DNA from: Elusimicrobiota bacterium
GTDB taxonomy: Bacteria > CG03 > SLGR01 > JAGXOG01
Direction of reading: 5' to 3'
Length of the DNA: 12,997 nt
Assembly (NCBI GenBank): GCA_051745145.1
Contig: JBNJDT010000041.1
Span: forward strand, 1-12,997
A program made the position numbers and the translations under genes. The notes under the pieces are model-generated. The model was not told where the DNA came from, did not search any database, and saw nothing but the letters and a program-made list of their open reading frames with translations. The first letter of the stretch is position 1; each line of letters starts with the position of its first letter. Below, one piece after another: positions 8,181 through 12,997 of the stretch.

Positions 8181-8972
8181 TTAATCTATCCTGCTAAGTG
8201 ATTTTCCCGATTTATTATTCTTTACTTTTAAAATTTCCGAAGCTATAGACAGGGCTATATCTGAGGGGGTATCCCCGCCCAGTTCTAATCCTATAGGAGC
8301 GTAAATTCTATCTTTATTTTCCTTTATAAAATCCTCGTCAAAAGTTTCCAGGACCGTATTGACCTTATTTACAGACCCTATCATTCCCAGATACGGGGCC
8401 GGGGTCTTCAGCAGTTCTTTTAAAACTTCCCGGTCTCCCTTATGTCCGTGAGTAACTACCACACAATAGGACTTACCGTTAACTTCAATATCTTTAGTAT
8501 CTTTGTAATCTATACAATCTACCTCTTCGGCCCCCGGGAATCTCTGAGAGGAGGCAAAATCTTCCCGGTCATCGTATATTTTATAGGGCATCCCCGTAAC
8601 GTCCAGAATCTTAGATAAAGCCAGCCCGATATGCCCCCCTCCGAACAGCAGAACATGATGGGGTGTTTTAAACACTTCTATGAAAACTTCAGCCTGACCG
8701 CCGCAGACCATCCCGCTTTTTTCCTCGTCAAATTCCACGGAAAAATTTTTATTTTCGGCGCTTTTTATTGCCTTCACCGATTTTCTGCGGGCCAGCTCTT
8801 CTAAATTACCTCCGCCAATAGTGAATTCAGTTTTTCCATCCGGGAATACCACCATCTTAGTACCCGATTTACGGGGAGTCCCATCCCCGGCACTTATAAT
8901 CTGGGCGATGGCAAATTCCTGTCCTTTTTCTATTAATTCGTTTATTCTGTTGTAAATTTTCTTATTTTCCAT
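8181..8972 (-). CDS. xdhC: XdhC/CoxI-family molybdenum cofactor insertion chaperone
   Basis: GTPRKSGTKM, TIGGGNLE, GMVCGG, LFGGGHIG, DDR, VTHGH, YLGMIGS, APIGLELGGDTP and IALSI. The symbol refers to the accessory-protein family, not the E. coli Fe-S subunit of the same name. Confidence 0.92.
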   Translation of the reverse strand: MENKKIYNRINELIEKGQEFAIAQIISAGDGTPRKSGTKMVVFPDGKTEFTIGGGNLEELARRKSVKAIKSAENKNFSVEFDEEKSGMVCGGQAEVFIEVFKTPHHVLLFGGGHIGLALSKILDVTGMPYKIYDDREDFASSQRFPGAEEVDCIDYKDTKDIEVNGKSYCVVVTHGHKGDREVLKELLKTPAPYLGMIGSVNKVNTVLETFDEDFIKENKDRIYAPIGLELGGDTPSDIALSIASEILKVKNNKSGKSLSRID

Positions 8973-9573
8973 CTATATCCTCTACTTGCCTCAAATCTTG
9001 TGGTGTATCTATATCCTGTTTTATATAAGGATCATCTACATTTACCCATTCTTTCTTAAACTCCGGGTTTTTGGTAACTACCCTGGCCCCCTGATTAAGG
9101 GGAGCATCTAAAAGAGCGTCAAATACACTGCGGCTCCAGATTACCGGATGACCGGCACTCATTTTATAAGACGGTATAAATATGTCTTTTTCCGGATTTT
9201 TTTCAAAAGCACCTAGCAGGGCATCTACCGTCTCCTGTTTAACCTGGGGATGATCGATTAAAAACATCATTAAGCCCCGGTACTTATTTTTAATCTTTTT
9301 CAGGGCTGCTTTTAAAGAACTTAACTGACCTTCCGGCCAGGATTTATTGATTATAATATTTAAACCGGAAGTATTCAAGTTTTCCTTTATATACCCGGCT
9401 CGGGCCCCCAGAACAAGATATATATCCCGTATTCCCGCTCCTTTTATCTTGTCCTTTAAGATCTGAGTAAAATTTTTGTCCCCCAGGGTTAAAAGAGGTT
9501 TTAACTTCCCCATACGCCGGGATTCCCCGGCAGCCAGGATAACTGCGCATATTTTCTGATTATTTTCATTCAT
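8962..9573 (-). CDS. mocA: Molybdenum cofactor cytidylyltransferase (MocA/YgfJ-like nucleotidyltransferase)
   Basis: ILAAGESRRMG..KPLL (LAAG as in MocA rather than MobA LAGG), GQLSSL, LIDHP, GHPV, GAR and DIDTPQD. Adjacent to XdhC and Mo-hydroxylase genes. Confidence 0.85.
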   Translation of the reverse strand: MNENNQKICAVILAAGESRRMGKLKPLLTLGDKNFTQILKDKIKGAGIRDIYLVLGARAGYIKENLNTSGLNIIINKSWPEGQLSSLKAALKKIKNKYRGLMMFLIDHPQVKQETVDALLGAFEKNPEKDIFIPSYKMSAGHPVIWSRSVFDALLDAPLNQGARVVTKNPEFKKEWVNVDDPYIKQDIDTPQDLRQVEDIDGK

Positions 9574-9602
9574 AATTCTATATTTGCATATTGATTTAAT
9601 TT

Positions 9603-9631
9603 ATTATATAATTATTGATAATAGTTATCAA
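9603..9631 (-). promoter_or_regulatory. sigma70-type promoter for the leftward mocA-xdhC-L-M-S operon
   Basis: Minus strand TTGATA (9631-9626), 17 nt, TATAAT (9608-9603). Confidence 0.7.
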
Positions 9632-9634
9632 TAA
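9612..9634. repeat. Perfect 10-3-10 inverted repeat, candidate operator
   Basis: TTATTGATAA-TAG-TTATCAATAA. The core TGATAATAGTTATCA differs at one position from the Fur 7-1-7 consensus TGATAATnATTATCA. Confidence 0.7.
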
Positions 9635-9643
9635 GAGTATAGT
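9615..9643 (+). promoter_or_regulatory. sigma70-type promoter for the rightward yqeB-selD-ygfM-xdhD operon
   Basis: TTGATA (9615-9620), 17 nt, TATAGT (9638-9643). Confidence 0.65.
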
Positions 9644-9667
9644 AACAATACAAAGACAATTAATCAA

Positions 9668-10477
9668 ATGAAATTAAGTGAAACAACAATTTTAATAAAA
9701 GGCGGGGGGGACTTAGGCAGCGGTATAGCCTGGAAACTGCACCGGGCCGGGCTTAAAGTAGCGGTTGTGGATCTTCCGTCACCTATGGCCATCCGCCGAG
9801 AGGTCTCTTTTTCCACCGCCATAAACGACGGTTCGGTTAATGTGGACGGCGTAAAAGGAAAACATATCCAGCGGGTCCCTGATTTTAAACACAATTTTGT
9901 GCCCGTATTCGATACTTCTCAAAGCAAAATTATTAAAAATTTTCAGCCCGACGTACTTGTGGATTCCACTTTAAAGGCTCTGGATAACCGGACTACCTTC
10001 AAAGACGACGCCCCGTTTACCGTGGGAGTGGGCCCGGGTTTTACAGCGCCGGATGATATTGACTGCGTTATAGAATCAAACCGGGGACACTACGTGGGCC
10101 GGACAATCTGGAACGGCAAGGCTCAAAAATATACCGGGGTACCCGGAAATATAGAAGGATATACTTCTCAAAGACTCCTCCGGGCTCCGGACAGCGGTAA
10201 ATTCAGACCTTTAAAAAAAATTGGGGACTCGGTACAAAAAGATGAACTCATAGGCTGGGTAAACCGGTCGGAATTGAGAGCCGGTATAAACGGAATTATC
10301 CGGGGTCTAATAGCTGAGGAGACTCACGTAAAGAGAAATCATAAAATCGGGGATATCGATCCCCGGGGGATAAAAAAGAATGTCTTCACCGTCTCGGATA
10401 AAGCCCGGAATATAGGCGGGGGAGTATTAGAAGCCGTACTGGCCTGGGTTACCGGAAAGTATAAAGACCTTGACTGA
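9668..10477 (+). CDS. yqeB: Selenium-dependent molybdenum hydroxylase system protein, YqeB family
   Basis: IKGGGDLGSGIAWKLHRAG, AIRREVSF, GVGPGFTA, VIESNRGH, TGVPG, RLLRAP, KIGDIDPR and SDKARNIGGGVLEA. 269 aa (short form without a fused XdhC-like domain). Confidence 0.93.
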   Translation: MKLSETTILIKGGGDLGSGIAWKLHRAGLKVAVVDLPSPMAIRREVSFSTAINDGSVNVDGVKGKHIQRVPDFKHNFVPVFDTSQSKIIKNFQPDVLVDSTLKALDNRTTFKDDAPFTVGVGPGFTAPDDIDCVIESNRGHYVGRTIWNGKAQKYTGVPGNIEGYTSQRLLRAPDSGKFRPLKKIGDSVQKDELIGWVNRSELRAGINGIIRGLIAEETHVKRNHKIGDIDPRGIKKNVFTVSDKARNIGGGVLEAVLAWVTGKYKDLD

Positions 10478-11507
10478 AGAAAATAAAACCTCCGGTTATC
10501 ACCTCACCCGGCAGGTAGAATGCGCAGGCTGCGCGGCAAAACTGGATCAGGAGGCCCTGGATAAACTACTTAAAAACAAAAAATTTTACCGCTCAAAAAA
10601 CGTGATTTCGGGAATGGAGACGTCCGAAGATGCCGGGGTTTATAAACTCTCCAGTGGTAATTTACTTATACAGACCACCGATTTTTTCCCTCCTATAGTT
10701 GACGATCCTTATAAATTCGGCCAGATTGCCACTTCCAACGCTCTTTCGGACATTTATGTTATGGGAGCTAAGCCCATTACCGCTCTTAATTTATGCTGTT
10801 TTCCGCCTGACGATTACCCGCCGGAAGTTTTTGAAAAAATTTTAGAAGGTTCGGCGGAAAGATTAAAAAAGGCAAAGTGCAGTCTGCTCGGGGGCCATAC
10901 CATAGAAGATAGAGAGCTTAAATTCGGTATTGCAGCCACTGGACTGGCAGAAAAATCCTCACTTATAACAAATACGGCCGCCAGCCCCGGTGATAAACTG
11001 GTTCTTACAAAACCCCTGGGAACAGGTATAGCAACTACAGCTATAAAGGGGGAGCTCTGTCCAAAAGAAACAAAAGAAAAAGTTATTAATTCCATGATCG
11101 AATTAAATTCTAAGCCAAAAAATATTATGGTCCGGGAAAATATAAAAGCAGCTACAGATATTACCGGGTTCGGACTCATCGGACACGCCCTTGAAATTTG
11201 CCGGGGCTCAAATGTGGGGATGACTATCCGGCTTGAAGACCTGCCCGTTTTTGAAGGGATTTATGAACTTATTGATCTGGGAATGTTGCCCGCGGGCTCT
11301 TACAAAAACAAAGAGTTGAATTCCGGATATGTGGATTTGAAAAATAGCAAAAATTCCGATATAATATATGATGCTCAAACTTCCGGAGGGGTGCTTATGT
11401 GCGTCCCGGAAGATAAAATTTCGGACATTAAAAAGGAAAAAATAGGTAAGGTAATAGGCGAAGTAACGGAAACTAAAGAGGATGGAAAAATAATACAGGT
11501 TATATGA
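10470..11507 (+). CDS. selD: Selenide, water dikinase (selenophosphate synthetase), cysteine form
   Basis: LT...CAGCAAK, EDAGVY, QTTDFFPPIVDDP, NALSDIYVMG, GGHT, LTKPLGTG, TDITGFGLIGH and DAQTSGG. The active-site codon is TGC. The TTG start overlaps the end of yqeB. Confidence 0.97.
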   Translation: MTEENKTSGYHLTRQVECAGCAAKLDQEALDKLLKNKKFYRSKNVISGMETSEDAGVYKLSSGNLLIQTTDFFPPIVDDPYKFGQIATSNALSDIYVMGAKPITALNLCCFPPDDYPPEVFEKILEGSAERLKKAKCSLLGGHTIEDRELKFGIAATGLAEKSSLITNTAASPGDKLVLTKPLGTGIATTAIKGELCPKETKEKVINSMIELNSKPKNIMVRENIKAATDITGFGLIGHALEICRGSNVGMTIRLEDLPVFEGIYELIDLGMLPAGSYKNKELNSGYVDLKNSKNSDIIYDAQTSGGVLMCVPEDKISDIKKEKIGKVIGEVTETKEDGKIIQVI

Positions 11508-12289
11508 AATTTTTAAAACCAACTACCCCCGGGGAAGCTTATAAATATAAAAAAGAAAATAAAAATTCTTACTATCTGGCAGGCGGCACCCAGATAAACT
11601 CTTTATATTTTAAGGATGAAAACTGTGACTGCCTGATCAGTTTAGAAAAGTTGCAGCTGGATAATATTTCTAAAAATGCTATCGGGAGTATGGCAACTTT
11701 GGAAAATATAAGAACAGCCGGTAATGCCCACCCCGCTTTAAGGGAGGCGGCGGCCTGTTTAAATTCAAGAAATATCAGGAACATGGCCACTATAGGAGGA
11801 AACATCGGTTCCAACCAGTCCAGCTCTGATATCCTGCCGGTACTTATAGCTTTAGATTGTAAATTAGAAATTTATAAAGATAGCGGTAAAACTCAAATAT
11901 CCGCCAGAAACTGGATAAAAAACTCCGGCGGTCTGATACTGTCAATTAAAATTCCCGAGCCCGAAAAGAAGGTATATCAACGGAAATTTTCAAGGACAAA
12001 AAACGATCTACCCATAGTAAAACTGGCCCTGGGAACCCTTTTTGAGGATAAAGAATTTTCCAGTACTTCCATAGGGGGAGGATGTCTGGATAAAACAGTA
12101 ATATCCCTGGATAAAACTTCCGGCCTTTTAGAGGATAAAAAACCTGAAGATTTAAATATTAAAGAATTATTTAAGACAGCGAATGAAGAGATAAATCCCG
12201 TAAGTGACCAGAGAGCTTCCGCTTCTTACCGGAAAAATCTGGTCAAGGCGTTTTTAAAAGAGATGAAAGAATATTTTGGTAAATTATAA
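11504..12289 (+). CDS. ygfM: FAD-binding subunit of a second Mo-hydroxylase, YgfM-like
   Basis: LAGGTQIN, ISLEKL, IGSMATL, SRNIRNMATIGGNI, LPVLIALD and DQRASASYR. The short 261-aa form and its position before an xdhD-like gene match the ygfM-xdhD arrangement. ATGA overlap with selD. Confidence 0.8.
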   Translation: MKFLKPTTPGEAYKYKKENKNSYYLAGGTQINSLYFKDENCDCLISLEKLQLDNISKNAIGSMATLENIRTAGNAHPALREAAACLNSRNIRNMATIGGNIGSNQSSSDILPVLIALDCKLEIYKDSGKTQISARNWIKNSGGLILSIKIPEPEKKVYQRKFSRTKNDLPIVKLALGTLFEDKEFSSTSIGGGCLDKTVISLDKTSGLLEDKKPEDLNIKELFKTANEEINPVSDQRASASYRKNLVKAFLKEMKEYFGKL

Positions 12290-12292
12290 ATT

Positions 12293-12997
12293 ATGGAAAT
12301 AAAAATAAATTTAAACGGTAAAGAAAAGGTTGTGCAGACCTCTCCCGAGGAGAGAGTGCTGGATCTATTAAAAAGAGTGGGTATTAATTCCGTAAAAGAC
12401 GGGTGCAACAGCGAGGGGGTATGCGGAAACTGCGCTATACTGCTGGACGGAGACCTTGTAAATTCCTGTCTTTTAAAAGCTCCCCAAATTGACGGGTGCA
12501 GTATAACAACTTTAGAAGGTTTAAATAAGAGACGGGAACTTCATCCCATACAGAAGGCTTTCATAGATGGCGGTTTAGTCCAGTGCGGATACTGTACTCC
12601 CTCTCAAATTCTATCAGTAAAAGAACTTTTAGATAAAAACGACAACCCCGCTAAAGAAGACGTAAGAGATGCACTTTCGGGTAATTTATGCCGGTGTACC
12701 GGATATGAACAGATATACGATGTAGTACAGAATTTAAAAGATAAGGACCAAAAATCCGGTACTACTTTTAAAAACGAGCTGGATATAGTAGGTAAAGATA
12801 CTCCAAAAATTGACGGGGTGCAATTATCCAGATCTGAAATCGCTTTTACCGAGGATAAAATCTCCAGCGACGTGCTGGTTATCAAGGTTAAAAGAAGTCC
12901 CCATGCTCATGCTCTTATAAAAAATATAGATACTTCCAAAGCCGAAAATCTGGAAGGAGTGGAACTGGTAGTTACCCACAAAAACGCTCCGGATACG
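12293..12997 (+). CDS. xdhD: XdhD-like fused [2Fe-2S]/molybdopterin-binding oxidoreductase, N-terminal 235 codons; runs off the window
   Basis: Manual translation from ATG 12293 is open to the window end: MEIKINLNG...KDGCNSEGVCGNC...NSC...QCGYCTP...GNLCRCTGY...TFKNELDIVGKDTPKIDG...RSPHAHALIKNIDTSKAENLEGVELVVTH. The Fe-S domain continues in frame into the Mo-subunit hammerhead domain. Not in the ORF track. Confidence 0.88.
   Translation, partial: MEIKINLNGKEKVVQTSPEERVLDLLKRVGINSVKDGCNSEGVCGNCAILLDGDLVNSCLLKAPQIDGCSITTLEGLNKRRELHPIQKAFIDGGLVQCGYCTPSQILSVKELLDKNDNPAKEDVRDALSGNLCRCTGYEQIYDVVQNLKDKDQKSGTTFKNELDIVGKDTPKIDGVQLSRSEIAFTEDKISSDVLVIKVKRSPHAHALIKNIDTSKAENLEGVELVVTHKNAPDT

Noticed and set aside
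9344..9894. 68-aa and 76-aa ORFs on - strand
   Set aside because: One is an alternative frame inside mocA and the other is antisense to yqeB; neither has motifs.
4917..11507. TGA stops at 4917-4919, 10475-10477 and 11505-11507 as possible selenocysteine codons
   Set aside because: Each ends a full-length protein at the expected C-terminus and overlaps the start region of the next gene, which is ordinary translational coupling.
12396..12825. Three near-copies of GACGGG(G)TGCA inside the xdhD-like gene
   Set aside because: Short, irregularly spaced and explained by DGC/DGC/DGV codons; not a CRISPR or tandem repeat.
10814..12885. Minus-strand ORFs of 60-121 aa
   Set aside because: Antisense to selD, ygfM and the xdhD-like CDS, which account for the region.

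Overview
This is a gene-dense, AT-rich bacterial window devoted almost entirely to selenium- and molybdenum-dependent hydroxylase (xanthine dehydrogenase family) biology. Left part: the 3' end of a dUTPase gene, a divergent yedF / CysL-like LysR pair, and a stand-alone TrpB2. A probable bidirectional promoter at about 9600-9645 appears to drive two operons. Leftward: mocA-like cytidylyltransferase, XdhC/CoxI chaperone, Mo-hydroxylase large/FAD/2Fe-2S subunits, an FNR-like reductase and a PEMT/ICMT-like membrane protein. Rightward: yqeB, Cys-type selD, a ygfM-like FAD subunit and an xdhD-like fused FeS/Mo subunit that runs off the window and is missing from the ORF track. The most notable points are: two Mo-hydroxylases sharing one Se/Mo maturation core; an XdhD-like protein that keeps all eight Fe-S cysteines; a palindrome whose arms are the -35 boxes of two overlapping promoters; a candidate LysR operator; extra reductase and methyltransferase-like genes on the hydroxylase operon; and a strong excess of CCGG. 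No RNA genes, mobile elements, CRISPR arrays or selenocysteine codons were found. Family calls come from motif recognition by eye, not from database searches.
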